In this document: positions 40,884 to 56,653 of the stretch, one piece after another
How positions within the stretch are numbered: the first letter of the stretch is position 1
Layout of the letters: every line of letters begins with the position of its first letter
Source: Eledone cirrhosa
Taxonomy: Eukaryota
Length of the DNA: 64,000 bases
Direction of reading: 5' to 3'
NCBI GenBank assembly: GCA_964016885.1
Contig: OZ024747.1
Coordinates: 22,940,001-23,004,000 of the forward strand
Translations under genes and position numbers: made by a program
Notes under the pieces: generated by a model
Told to the model about the DNA's origin: nothing
The model's database searches: none
The model's input: the letters and a program-made list of their open reading frames with translations, nothing else

Positions 40884-40933
40884 CCTTGTCTGATGACCCT
40901 GTGAAAAGCAGGTGAAACTGCAGAGTAACAAGG
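40884..40933 (+). ncRNA. Type I hammerhead
   Basis: CCTTGT-CTGATGA-CCCTG..CAGGT-GAAA-CT-GCAG-AG-TA-ACAAGG. Confidence 0.8.
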
Positions 40934-41420
40934 CTCACTATTTAGCCTATATGCATAATAAATATGCGTTTGTGAAATGCTTTGAGCAGAGAGAGAATGT
41001 TGTACGGATAAATCATGGATGTTTCTCCAAATAGCTTTTCTCCAGCGAATTAAAAATTGGAAATCGATCTTAAAAGTCAGCCTAAGGAAATATATAAAGT
41101 ACCGTTTAAAACACAACCTAAAAAAAATCTATGGATAAATGTAAGTGAAGAGCTCGTGGTACATTGAACTGATTGGACAATAGGACATAATCAGCATGTA
41201 TAACTACATCTGTATAACAATTTACAAAAACACCGGGTAATATTCATATATATATATATATATATATATATTAATATATATATATTAATATATTATATAT
41301 CTATATATATATACATATATATGTATATACACACAAAAGTATACGCAAATCAACACAGCACAATGGTGCAGTATAGGGAAGATGTTAATTAGTTTAACAT
41401 TAGATATAGTAGGAAAAGTG

Positions 41421-41458
41421 TCTTAACGTTTCGGGCGTTAGTTCTTCATCAAGAAATA
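41421..41458 (-). ncRNA. Degenerate minimal HHR
   Basis: Minus: TTGATGA-AGAACTAACGCCC-GAAA-CG-TT. Confidence 0.45.
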
Positions 41459-41825
41459 GAGAATGAAAAGAAGAAATATAGATAGGTGAGAATGAGAAGA
41501 GGAAGAGGAAGTAACGGAATAAATGTGTATGTGTCTGCGGGGGACACGTGCGTGTGTGTTCAGTTCCCTTATATAACTACAACAGACGGTGCATCAGAAA
41601 CCACCATGGTTCGGCTAAATGTGTCTTTAACCTTGGTATTTGTTGTTATCTACTATAACGGGCATACACAGTGTCTATACGGATTGTTTGCAGTCATTCC
41701 TTTCTAAATCTAAAGACTCCACTCTGAAACAAAGAATCCATTCCTTGGATCAATGAGTGAGAAGTGGATTACCTAAGATATTTCGACTTGAGTTACCCTT
41801 ATGCAAATGCAACTTTGATAAATTC

Positions 41826-41871
<46 letters not shown>

Positions 41872-41928
41872 TTTCTGAATTTGTTTAGCAAGATTCTTTA
41901 TCTGAAAACGTGTGTTGAAACCGATATT

Positions 41929-42418
41929 GTTATACTTTGGGAGGGTCATGTTGCCAATAAGAAACACACGCACCAGTTGCTTTCACTTCAATTTATTATA
42001 ATAAATTTATAAATTTAGGAATTTATAAATTTCCGGTTGGTTGGTTGGTTCCACAACCAGATGGTTGTTTATATATTGTCAAAGTTCTTTCGTCACACAT
42101 TCTGTGACCTCTTCAGAGACTGGGGATTCTTTCTTTGTTTTTTTGTGCCTCTCCTTTGTTCTGTCCTACACAGAAACAAAATGGCGTAGGACAGAACAAA
42201 GGAGAGGCACAGAAACAAAGAAAGGAATCCCCAGTCACTGAAGAGGTCACAGAGTGTGTGACGAAAGAACTATGACTATATATAAACAACTATCTGGTTG
42301 TGGAACCAACCAACCAACCAGAAATTTATAAATTTGTAAATTTACAAATATATAATAAATTGAAGTGAAAGCAACTGGTGCGTGTGTTTCTTATTGGCAA
42401 CATGACCCTCCCAAAGTA

Positions 42419-42422
<4 letters not shown>
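41929..42422. repeat. Fold-back (arms of about 240 bp) with type I HHR
   Basis: 42233-42277: AGTCA-CTGAAGA-GGTCACA-GAGTG-TGTGAC-GAAA-GAAC-TA-TGACT; mirror copy at 42077-42121. Confidence 0.9.
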
Positions 42423-42483
<61 letters not shown>

Positions 42484-42844
42484 GTGTGTGTGTGTGTGTG
42501 TTATTTATCAAGGGGAAGAGATAATTGGATGGGCGAAGAAGCCTGTAGACGCACGGGAGGGACCCGTCTGTACATCTACATAGACACGTATATATCCGAG
42601 AGTATTCAGCGTCTCATTAGAACTGAATAGGATTTTTTTAGGATCTCGCCATCGACCTTAATATAATGTATGGCTCATCTAAACTTGAGACGTGGGTAGC
42701 ACTCTACCTACCATATACCACGTGACGTCCGAAGGTGTGTGTGTGGTGGTGGGGGGGGGGGGGGGGACGTACCTTATGAAATTTATTTTTTTGTAAGAAA
42801 GTGTAGGTTCAGTTTGCGGCAATGTTAACTCACTTTGAACAACA

Positions 42845-42883
<39 letters not shown>

Positions 42884-42974
42884 AAGTTCGACCTCGTTAA
42901 CGTTATTACTCATTCATGTGTTGATTTCTAGAATGTTCTACATATATTGCATACATATATACACACCTACATAG

Positions 42975-43019
<45 letters not shown>

Positions 43020-43170
43020 TTGTATGTATGTATATGCAATTATTCGCAAGTATATGTGTGTTTCTTGGAATTAAGTAGAAGTAAATCAGCATCCGATGAG
43101 ATATAGCACAGATAGGTAGATAGATATATAGTTAGATAGATAGATATGATATATATATATATATATATAT

Positions 43171-43572
43171 CTTTCGCACCCTTGGTCTGGCAGGTCGCTT
43201 TTTTTCTCTCTCTCGTCTACGATTTCACAGAACTTACGTTCACCGAATTCACAGACTAGATCCCTTCTTCCTCCCGTTAGACCTGTACGGAATTCCTTCC
43301 TTGCTCACATTCCAACCAGGTTTGATGGTCTTTATTCTCTCTCGTTCACGATTTCACCGAATTTAAATTCATAGAAATTTGGGACTTGACTCCTTCTTCC
43401 TCACTTTTCGTTGCTTCACCATTTTGTTTGTTTACACTCGTGTTCCCTTTTATTTACGTGTCCCAACGACTTTTTTTAGCCGTTGCTCGCACCAACCGGA
43501 GGTATATGGTCTTTAAAGCGATGAAATACCAATGATGGTTGGAAGATCACTGATGAAGGACTAACTTTATTC
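43171..43572 (+). mobile_element. Diverged partial copy of the 626-bp family, with permuted HHR variant B at 43492-43557
   Basis: Aligns to about 37605-38020; flanked by (TA)n. Confidence 0.85.
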
Positions 43573-43576
43573 ATAT

Positions 43577-44240
43577 ATATATGTTTCTTTATTAGCCACA
43601 GGGGCACAAAAGAAGGGGACAAATACAAAGGGGGAAGTTTACATACAATAAAAACGTATAAAATACTATCACAAATGCAATTTAAAAATTAATCGATTTT
43701 CCCCAATAGGGGGAGACATTTCATATGGGTAACACATACCCCCGAAAAAATGTGCAACCCTCATCTCCAGGAGTACAAAGAGTTTGTACCCCTTTCCTCT
43801 CTTCCTCTTTTTCCTCAACCTACAGGCTGATATAGAGAGAAGGCGCATTCTCTCGGGCCATTCTCGCCACTTTGACCCACCTTTCATAAAACTTGCTGGG
43901 GTACAGCACCTCTCTCTCCATCCTAATTCTTCTTCCAAAGTGGTATTTGAAAAAAATAATCAGTTGTTGGCCGGAGAGAAAGATGTCTGACCTCAGCCCT
44001 TTCAACCTTGTCCACCATACAACCTCTTTCGCCATAGCTATCACACAAAGGAAAACCGCCTCTCCTTCGTTTTTGAAGGAGGGTGGCGGTTTGATTATGA
44101 CAGTGGACTCGGTGGTCAACCGGATTGGTCCCACCCGCGACAATAGTCGTTCTACATAACCCCACAGGTCGGTAACGCCCGGGCAGTGTATGAATGCGCG
44201 CGCAACGGTTTCTTCGTCTCGCACGCATCTAGGACAGATC
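43577..44240 (-). mobile_element. Tx1/L1-clade LINE 3' fragment
   Basis: RCVRDEETVARAFIHC zinc-knuckle remnant, AKEVVWWTR, open to the stop at 43820; 3'UTR ends AATAAA then (AT)n. Confidence 0.8.
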
Positions 44241-44244
44241 TTTA

Positions 44245-44324
<80 letters not shown>

Positions 44325-44473
44325 AGTATGTGTGTATACGTACATACATATATGTATACAGACGTACAGCATAAAATTCAGGCTGTTCAGTTTGTTTACA
44401 AACGAACAAAGCGGCGTTATAATAAGCGTCCGCTAAACTGATGCGTACATATATGTATGTGTACCTGTATGTA

Positions 44474-44506
<33 letters not shown>

Positions 44507-44744
44507 GCATGCTACTGTACGTCTGTATACATATATGTATGTACGTATACACACATACTTACATTTAAGTAAGTGCCGTACTAAGAGTGAGAAATGAAAT
44601 TTCGTTTTCATTTTATTTCAACTTATATATGTATGTATATATATATATGTATATATCAAATGAAGCAACGGAGTTAAAAACTCGTGTTTATCTCTCTAAT
44701 TTAATGAGCTCACAGGAGAAAATTATATACGTAAATAGATAGAT

Positions 44745-44830
<86 letters not shown>

Positions 44831-45239
44831 GATAGTTAGATAGATAGATAGATAGATAGAGAAGTAATGGGAAAAGTAGGAGGCAGAAGAGGAATCTATC
44901 ACTGTAGAACGTGCGACCTTTTGGAAAGTTAGTGAAATGTTGAGATTCTGTGACATTCTCTGTCTGTATGACTTAGCGGGCGTGTATAGAACGCAGCGCG
45001 TCTTTAATATCTCCTCAACATATCTCCTGTTAACCTTTTATTTTCAACTTAGTTTTTACGCTGGATAAACTTCTTTTTCTTTTTTCCCCCGCTGAGATAA
45101 AATATATTCAAACGTCCGTTAACTGTATTTTTTGATTGATTGTTTGTAGAAAAAAGAGGTATCCACTAGTGGGTGCTTATTTATCAAGAAAAAGGAGAGA
45201 AAATGGGAGCTGTTAGGTCTTTTCGTTTTTTTTTTTTCG

Positions 45240-45475
45240 CCCACTTAGTCCTAAGATGGTCGTGAGAGCAGAGTCTTCAAACACTCCTTCCAGAGGGTTC
45301 TATCAGAAGCAATCATCTCCAGTTGATCTGGCTGGATCCCCAAGTGAGACCAGCCGACCTCATGTGTTATCAAACTATCGTTCCCGGGGTCTACCGCTGG
45401 CTCTCCTGCCGGTTAGTTTTGTCCCTAAAATCTGTCCACCGATTATTTCCTGAGATATTCCAACCACATACCGAC
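45240..45475 (-). mobile_element. Decayed RTE LINE 3' fragment
   Basis: GRRASGRPRER; homologous to 19210-19450. Confidence 0.7.
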
Positions 45476-47101
45476 TAAGCCTTTTCCCAAAAATGGTGAC
45501 CATGTTAGAGAGTATTAAAAGAATGACTAAGACGTCGAATTGGCAGAATCGTTAAGGCGTCGGACAAAATGATTTGCAGCATTTATTTACAGCTCTCTGG
45601 TTTCTTCAAACACTTAACAGTCATAGAGACTCTGCAGAATGGTTATGGCCGCTACTGTTTTAAATCTAATTAAGCAATAAAAAAATTCAAACGTGTTAGT
45701 AGCTGTTAATAAGTTTAGTTGTCATAAGGGGTGAGAAAATCTGACACAGTTGGATTTAATTACCATTTTTACTGGTGCAGGCCCTTGCCAGTTTTTCTCG
45801 GTTCCAGAATGTGTCCATAAAAAAGGTATTTATATTGTGGCATTAGAAAATTACTTTAGTTAATTTGAATAAATCTAAATAATCAACAATGGACAAGCAG
45901 TCATGACCTCATCCCCTGAAATAAAGAAAGTTCGAGACAATCGTGACTCAGTAGTGGGTTTATGGCAGCTGTGGCTCTCACAATTGGATGTTGGGAATAC
46001 TTAAGTGAGGAGATAGAAAAGGAGGACGTTATTAGGGAAGTAATTCCCTAGGGCACGCTTGTGTATATTATTACCCTTTTGAAAGCCCCTATATTGTTAT
46101 TTCCTATACTGTTGTGTGACCTTTTCAGCCAACACAAAAACAAAAACAAAGAACAGCAACACGCAATAACAACTAAAGAAACCACTGAGATTAATTACTC
46201 AAAGACGCCACTCACATGAAAATCAACAGTTAAGTAGGGTGAATATATTTAATGCAGAGCATAAAAATCTAATTAGACATATCGGTGGGGTGAGGAGAGG
46301 GGAATATGTTCTCAATGATTGTTTTCAAATTTTGGCACAATGCAAGCAATTTTAGGGGAGTGGAAAGTCGATTAAAAAGACCCTAGTACTTAACTGGTAC
46401 TTTATTTTATCGACTTCATAAGGATAAAAGATAAAGTTGACTTCGGTGGGATTATGATCTCAATGGTTAATATTATTTCAGCTATTTCGTGATGTATAAG
46501 GACTACAAGAACTAGCAAGAGAGCCTCAATATGATTGCGCGACCTGCTCATAATAGAAGCCAGATGTCTCTCAAATCACACCCGCACTGTCTTCAAAATG
46601 CTGTGCAGTGTTTGTTCCGGTCCCCTGAGTCCAAATCCTGTATAAGGCGACTTTACCTTTCAAGGTCGGGTGGTAGATAGGTGGAATTGTTAGTGTCGGG
46701 CGTGATATCTAGCAGTATTTGTTCAGGTTCTTTACATTCTAAGTTCAAATCCTATTGTGACCTACTTGGGTGATAGACTTAATCTGTCACCCAGTTTAAC
46801 ACCACCACTTGGTTCTTGAGTACCTTTAGTGAAGCCTTTGTTGCAAGCATTCGGGCCAAGTCTCCGGTTTTAGGATACCTTCCTCCCATTAAGTCTTAAA
46901 GACATTGATCAGAGCCATAGTTCTGTCCTCCAGTTCTCGAGTAAACAATAAAAATAGAACAATTTCAGACGTAAGTAGCTGGTACGAGATATAGGTAAAG
47001 TGTAATGGTTTCACTGGGAATCGAACCTACTGGCAGAGATTCAGTGAAATAAATAAATAAAAAAATTAAAACAGCAAAACTAAATAAATAAAATGACTTA
47101 C

Positions 47102-47187
47102 GTATGGATTCGTAACTCCCGATGGAGTCGTACCGTACGGCATGTCTTGGGCATTTTAAACCTGGTGGGGCCCATCCTTCTCCCGAC
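47102..47187 (-). other. Candidate 86-nt host exon, product not recognised
   Basis: Pyrimidine tract and TTCAG acceptor; GTAAGT donor; GC-rich island; two open frames, e.g. SGEGWAPPGLKCPRHAVRYDSIGSYESI. Confidence 0.45.
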
Positions 47188-47304
47188 CTGAACACAGCCG
47201 ATTTGAGAAAGAGAGAGGGGGCGGATAGATAGATAGATAGATAGAGAGAGAGGGATAGAGAGAGAGAGAGAGAGAGAGGGGGATAGATAGATAGATAGAT
47301 AGAT

Positions 47305-47342
<38 letters not shown>

Positions 47343-47425
47343 AAAAATTGAACGGGAACAAAACAGAGAGGCAGTACGAACAAAGGTTTATTAGTTTCAC
47401 GCTCTTGAGAGTGGGGTGGTGGTGG

Positions 47426-47462
47426 GGAACGACGTTTCGGGCATAAGCCCTTCTTCAGGTGA
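47426..47462 (-). ncRNA. Penelope-type minimal HHR
   Basis: Minus: AC-CTGAAGA-AGGGC-TTAT-GCCC-GAAA-CG-TC-GT. Confidence 0.75.
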
Positions 47463-47508
47463 AAAGTGTGTGGGAAGAGAGTTCCAAGGGTGTGTAGGGG
47501 AGTGGTGG

Positions 47509-47545
<37 letters not shown>

Positions 47546-48637
47546 ATCGATCCCATCACTGAAATTACATTTATTTTATCGACTTCGAAAAGATGAAAGG
47601 CAAAGGTGTGCCGGACGGGATTTGAACCCAGACTCTCAATGGATACTGCAAAGCATTCTATCCGACGTTCTAACGATTCTGCCAATTCGCCACCCTCAAA
47701 ATAATACCCAAACACATCTCTCTCTATCTCGGTCTCCCCACACAAACACACACACACAGACACACACACACGCACACATGCGCGCGCACATACACACACA
47801 CGCGCACGCACGCACATACGCGCGCACGCACATACGCGCGCACGCACACACACACACACAGATATTATACATACACGAAGAATACATGTGCGTGCATATT
47901 TCTTATAGTTACCGTATGTTTAATATAGCTCCATCAGCCTGGTTGGTTGTGTGGTTAGATAGTTGGCTTAGTAGCCTGCAAGGAAGTTTTATTTTGTGCT
48001 AATGGCACACCAGTTCCTCCTTACTTTGTTTAGAAAAGTTTTTAAAAAAACAAAAAAAAAAAAAACATGAAAAATAAAGAGAAAGACGTAGAAGGAATAA
48101 AAAATAATGTATACAATAGAAATTTCTTAGTAAGAAAAGAAAAGAAGAAATATAGAATGATAATGGAAGTGGTTCAATGCGAAATACCTTTCCAGAATAT
48201 TTAACTTTTGCATAACAATGTCATTTGAAGAACCTTTTCAATGAAAACGGTAGGATCAATCCCAATAAAATATGTGACTAGCATAAGGAACTATTCTATT
48301 CTATCAAATTAGAATTCTGTCAATAGCATTCTCATGGTTTACCAGTTGGATTTTATATTCTATACAGGATTACAGTTTATGGTCCTGAATTTGAAATTTA
48401 AAACACCGTTATTCACTTTAGAGTTAGTAAAATATATATTATTCTTATCACGACTACATATGTTAAAATAAATAGATAGGTGGGCACAATTAGTTGGTGT
48501 TTAGCTAAATATGAGAGGGTGAGGGTAAATTTAAAGTGTTGTTGAATCTGCGACATAAGTTCGACACACAGGCCAGGCATTTCACATCATATATTCGTCA
48601 TACGTTGTTATTGTTGTCATTATTACAGACCTACCAA

Positions 48638-50128
48638 GAGCAGTGGATTGGCAGTATCGGTAGAGGACCGGACGCCATGCTTTGACGCATAGAGTTACGG
48701 CCCTTTATGATCTGAGTTCAAATTCCGCCGAGGTTAACTTTGCCTTTCATCCTTACGGGTCGATAAAATAAAGTACCAGTCACGCACTGGGGTCGTTTTA
48801 ATCGACTTTCCCCTCCCTCCCAAAATTACTGGCCTTGTGCCTATACTAGAAAACATTATTACAGATCTGCCGAACTCTAAAAACACAAACGGGGTGTACC
48901 ATGAACACTGTTGATTCCTGTAGCCACAAATGCAGGGGCCATGGTTTATCCCCCCCCCCCCCCCGCCTCCTCCCACTAACATCAGAAGTCCTGCAAAAAA
49001 GGAACTAAAAGAAAAGAAAAAAATGATATATGTACTGCACTTCTTCTCTGGCTGTAATCGTAAAGAGATATCCAGCTCTTTTATGGAGTAGCATAAAAAG
49101 TGTCCCAAAACGGGGAGAAATGAGGGAAAATGGGGACATTTTTACATAATTGTTTCTACTTTAGGCACAAGGCCAGCAATTACCCAGTACATTACTGGTA
49201 CTTTATTTTATCGACCCCGTAAGGATGAAAGGCAAAGTTAACCTCGGCGGGATTTGAACTCAGACTGTAAAGGGACGTAACTATGCTAGAAAGCATGGCG
49301 TCCAACCCTCTACCGATACTGCCTACATAATAAAAGCTATACCCATTTTCACAAGAGAAGACATCTTTCACTCACCCCAAAGTGGGTGGGGATCTCCCCG
49401 TCCGACGGGGAGATTTGACAGGTCTGTTATTATCATGTGCGTAGAGGGCAGTAAATTGGTAGTATCGGTAGGGCGTTGGACACCATGCCTCGCGGCATAG
49501 AGTTACGGCCTTTTACGTTCTGATTTTAAATCCCACCGAGGTTAGCTTTGCCTTTCTTTCTTACTAGTTCGATAAAATAAAGTACCAGTATTGCACTGAG
49601 ATCGATTTAATCGACTTTCTCTTCCTTAAAAATTGTTGGTCTTGTGCCTAAATCAGAAACCAGTATTGTGATGTGCATAGAGTGGTAGATTGGTAGAATC
49701 ATTAGAGAGTCGAACAAACTACTTTGCGGTATTTAGTTACGGATCTTTATATTCTGATATATCCCACCGAGGTCAACTGTGCTTTTCACCTTCCGGAAGT
49801 CGATAAAATAAAGTACCAGCCTCGTACTTGGGTCGTTATAATTGACTTTCCTCTTCCCCCAAATTGCTGACCTTGTGCCTAAATTAGAAATCATTATCAT
49901 ATCATGTAATATAGGGTTCTGATTTAGGCACAAGGCCAACAAGTTTGGGAGAAGGTGAAAGTCGATTAAATCGATCCCAGTACATTACTGGTACTTTATT
50001 TTATCGACACCGTAAGGCTGAAAGGCAAAGCTACGCTCGGCTCGATTTGAACTCAGGTCGTAAAGGGCCGTAACTCTGTGCCATAAAGCATATTGTCCGC
50101 CGCTCCACCGATACTGCCACCCCCCGCC
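48638..50128. mobile_element. Cluster of five SINEs plus a MITE; SINE 49147-49325 is nested in MITE 48862-49426
   Basis: TSD TACATAAT at 49143 and 49324; the empty site is seen in the homolog near 31621. Confidence 0.85.
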
Positions 50129-50245
50129 CTCACATCGTGTAATATTACAACGCCTTTTGATACTCTTGTGGCAATTGAAGAAATTATTTTTTCAATTTCT
50201 TCCTCTTGCTGTTATTTCATTATTGATGTTATAATAACAATAAAC

Positions 50246-51445
<1,200 letters not shown>

Positions 51446-52242
51446 CAATAAGACGATCGAGTAGAACAAGATAAAGGAAAACAAGAAAAAAGAAGAACAA
51501 ACAAACAAACAAACAAACAAACAAACAAATAAATAAATAAATGAATAAATAAATATAAAATAATAAATAATAATCAAAACATAAATCAATATATTAAAAA
51601 AATGGTAAAAAAAAAAAAATCTGTTCTATATATCAAAACAAACATGTTATAAGAGATAGAATACAATAGTGATTGTTGTTTAGTGAGTCAAAAGGAATAT
51701 GCACTCGTTGACCTGGCGCGGCAGTATCAAGAGACCGCCCCATACACCCCACCTCTCTCACTTTCACTTTCCTACCCCCTCCTCATTCTTCCCTTCTCGT
51801 TTCTCTACAAACTCCAGTCTTTTTTTTCTTTTTTCCTTTCTCTTTCGCTGCTGCCATTCTATAGTGATGCAATCTCTTCTTCGTGAATGGTGAACTAGTA
51901 ATAATAGAACTTACCAATCTGATTACAACAAAGAAGAAAAGAAGAGAAAAATGTAATTATGGAATAAAATAGAAATAAAAGAAACTAAAAGACTAGAAAA
52001 GAGAAAAGAAAAGAAAAAGAAAAAGAAAAAGAAAAAGAAAAAGAAAAAGAAAAAGAAAACGAAGTTTGTAAGAGAAAACAACAACGGTTGTCTTTTCCTT
52101 TTAATTCATTCTGATAATCTATTGGTACTTTTAATACTTTTAATATTTATTTTATATGCATTACTACAATATATATATGTGTATATATATGTATATATAT
52201 AGGAATGAAAAATGGCGTGCTGTGTTGTTGCGAATGTGATAC

Positions 52243-53183
<941 letters not shown>

Positions 53184-53453
53184 TAACAACTAGAAATTGA
53201 TTAACATATAAATAAACATATGAAACAATCACAGGGGATAATTTTTACAAGTGTGTAACCACACATAGCTAGGTAGGTAACTAAATAAAGTTAACTAGAA
53301 CTTCAAAAATAGATACCTTATAATTATTTTTGAAGTTCTAGTTAACTTTATTTAGTTACCTACCTAGCTATGTGTGCTTACACACTTGTAAAAAATTATC
53401 CCCTGTGATTGTTTCATATGTTTATTTATATGTTAATCAATTTCTAGTTGTTA
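53184..53453. repeat. Fold-back with arms of about 127 bp
   Basis: TAACAACTAGAAATTG...CAAAAATA and its reverse complement. Confidence 0.92.
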
Positions 53454-53613
53454 TAAAATGCTCGGACCTATTCATTAGAATCTTGGAGCTTATTTTACGG
53501 GTGATATGGCGCATGCCTTTCTGGCATGACACCCATAATTTTGATTTAGATTAAATTCACTTTGATTTATCTTAATTTTGGATATAGATAGATATGTATA
53601 TGTATATATATAT

Positions 53614-54667
53614 TATTAATAATGAGTTCAAACCTCAGGCAGTCCTTTACAATGTAATAGCTCAAAGATAGAAGTATTTCCGAGCCGTGTAATACTAGTT
53701 AATATAAATTAATATATTTGATAAACACAAATACCAACATATCCGTGTTTGTATTGTAAACGACTAAAGTTAGCTAGATTGAAAAATACTAATTATAATA
53801 ATACAGTTTGCCTGTCTCGATTTAAAATAATAAATCAATAAAAACAAAGCATATTGGCAAATGGCCGTGGTGCTTGGAAAAATTTAAATTTCAAAATCAA
53901 ACCTGTTCCGTAGACAGGCTTAAACCTTAAAATCCAAATATGTTTCGAAAAATGAAAAAAGTGGAAGAATACCGCATTTCTATCTCCTCAGCAAGCACCA
54001 GAAAAATTGGTATGTTCCACTTCAAAATATTTAAAAAGACTGTTTAACGCACATGGTTTATCACATACGGTTATCCAGTGTCTAGCTGCCCCATACTCGT
54101 GCTGCTAGAAATAACAGCCGTTTATATAGGGCTAAATTTAGCTCTACGTAAGGAGAAGTATACTATTAATAATGAGTTCAAACCTCAGGCAGTCCTTTAC
54201 AATGTAATAGCTCAAAGAAAGAAGTATTTCCGAGCCGTGTAATACTAGTTAATATAAATTAATATATTTGATAAACACAAATACCAACATATCCGTGTTT
54301 GTATTGTAAACGACTAAAGTTAGCTAGATTGAAAAATACTAATTATAATAATACAGTTTGCCTGTCTCGATTTAAAATAATAAATCAATAAAACCAAAGC
54401 ATATTGGCAAATGGCCGTGGTGCTTGAACAAATTTAAATTTCAAAATCAAACCTGTTCCGTAGACAGGCTTAAACCATTTAGACAGGCTTAGAGCCATTT
54501 GTCAATATGCTTTGTTTTTATTGATTTATTATTTTAAATCGAGACAGGCAAACTGTATTATTATAATTAGTATTTTTCAATCTAGCTAACTTTAGTCGTT
54601 TACAATACAAACACGGATATGTTGGTATTTGTGTTTATCAAATATATTAATTTATATTAACTAGTAT
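53614..54667. mobile_element. 550-bp direct repeat (about 1.6 copies) plus a terminal inverted segment, flanked by (TA)n
   Basis: Repeats start at 53614 and 54164; 54494-54667 is the reverse complement of 54242-54416. Confidence 0.85.
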
Positions 54668-54681
54668 GTATATATATATAC

Positions 54682-54712
<31 letters not shown>

Positions 54713-54738
54713 CACACACATATATATATATATATATA

Positions 54739-56505
54739 TGGTACTATTCTCTAAGCGCTCATATATTCACCTAGCTTATGCTAAACAGAATAATTTTTGA
54801 AGCTTGTTTCTCCCCTACGGTATGCTATATTTTCTGTTGTTCTCCTGTCTCACTCGCTTTACGCGTTTTAATTGTCCTAATAACTTATTTTGGTTATTAT
54901 TGCACCGAAGTGAGATATATGATTTTTAATGCAATGAAATATCTATGATCTTCGGCAAATCACTGATGAGGGACTTATTTTATTACATGTTACCATGTGC
55001 TACCTGCAGTATTTTTCTCTATATTTTAATACATATATTTACCACTGCGATTCTGTGTTTTTTCTCTCTCTCTTACTGTTCCCCCATTCTCTCTGTTTCT
55101 CCCCCTCTGTCTTGTCCGTTAACTCTTCCTCACACTTTCACTCACTCACTGTTTTTCTCCCTCTTCTCTTCATTTCATCCTGCACTCACGAACGCTATTT
55201 TTTCTCTCTCTCTGCTCAATAGCCTTCGTTCGTGTTGGTACTATTCTCTAAGCGCTCATATATTCACCTAGCTTATGCTAAACAGAATAATTTTTGAAGC
55301 TTGTTTCTCCCCTACGGTATGCTATATTTTCTGTTGTTCTCCCGTCTCACTCGCTTTACGCGTTTTAATTGTCCTAATAACTTATTTTGGTTATTATTGC
55401 ACCGAAGTGAGATATATGATTTTTAATGCAATGAAATATCTATGATCTTCGGCAAATCACTGATGAGGGACTTATTTTATTACATGTTACCATGTGCTAC
55501 CTGCAGTATTTTTCTCTATATTTTAATACATATATTTACCACTGCGATTCTGTGTTTTTTTCTCTCTCTCTTACTGTTCCCCCATTCTCTCTGTTTCTCC
55601 CCCTCTGTCTTGTCCGTTAACTCTTCCTCACACTTTCACTCACTCACTGTTTTTCTCCCTCTTCTCTTCATTTCATCCTGCACTCACGAACGCTATTTTT
55701 TCTCTCTCTCTGCTCAATAGCCTTCGTTCGTGTTGGTACTATTCTCTAAGCGCTCATATATTCACCTAGCTTATGCTAAACAGAATAATTTTTGAAGCTT
55801 GTTTCTCCCCTACGGTATGCTATATTTTCTGTTGTTCTCCTGTCTCACTCGCTTTACGCGTTTTAATTGTCCTAATAACTTATTTTGGTTATTATTGCAC
55901 CGAAGTGAGATATATGATTTTTAATGCAATGAAATATCTATGATCTTCGGCAAATCACTGATGAGGGACTTATTTTATTACATGTTACCATGTGCTACCT
56001 GCAGTATTTTTCTCTATATTTTAATACATATATTTACCACTGCGATTCTGTGTTTTTTTCTCTCTCTCTTACTGTTCCCCCATTCTCTCTGTTTCTCCCC
56101 CTCTGTCTTGTCCGTTAACTCTTCCTCACACTTTCACTCACTCACTGTTTTTCTCCCTCTTCTCTTCATTTCATCCTGCACTCACGAACGCTATTTTTTC
56201 TCTCTCTGCTCAATAGCCTTCGTTCGTGTTGGTACTATTCTCTAAGCGCTCATATATTCACCTAGCTTATGCTAAACAGAATAATTTTTGAAGTTTGTTT
56301 CTCCCCTACGGTATGCTATATTTTCTGTTGTTCTCCTGTCTCACTCGCTTTACGCGTTTTAATTGTCCTAATAACTTATTTTGGTTATTATTGCACCGAA
56401 GTGAGATATATGATTTTTAATGCAATGAAATATCTATGATCTTCGGCAAATCACTGATGAGGGACTTATTTTATTACATGTTACCATGTGCTACCTGCAG
56501 TATTT

Positions 56506-56508
<3 letters not shown>
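54739..56508 (+). mobile_element. Tandem array of about 497 bp (about 3.55 near-identical copies) with permuted HHR variant C; retrozyme-like
   Basis: Motifs at 54905, 55402, 55900 and 56396; (TA)n on both sides; non-coding. Confidence 0.88.
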
Positions 56509-56586
<78 letters not shown>

Positions 56587-56612
56587 TATATATATATATA
56601 TATATATACAGA

Positions 56613-56653
<41 letters not shown>

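Noticed and set aside
46963-46976. TTTCAG-AC-GTAAGT micro-exon on the plus strand
   Set aside because: 2-nt exon with no pyrimidine tract; likely chance
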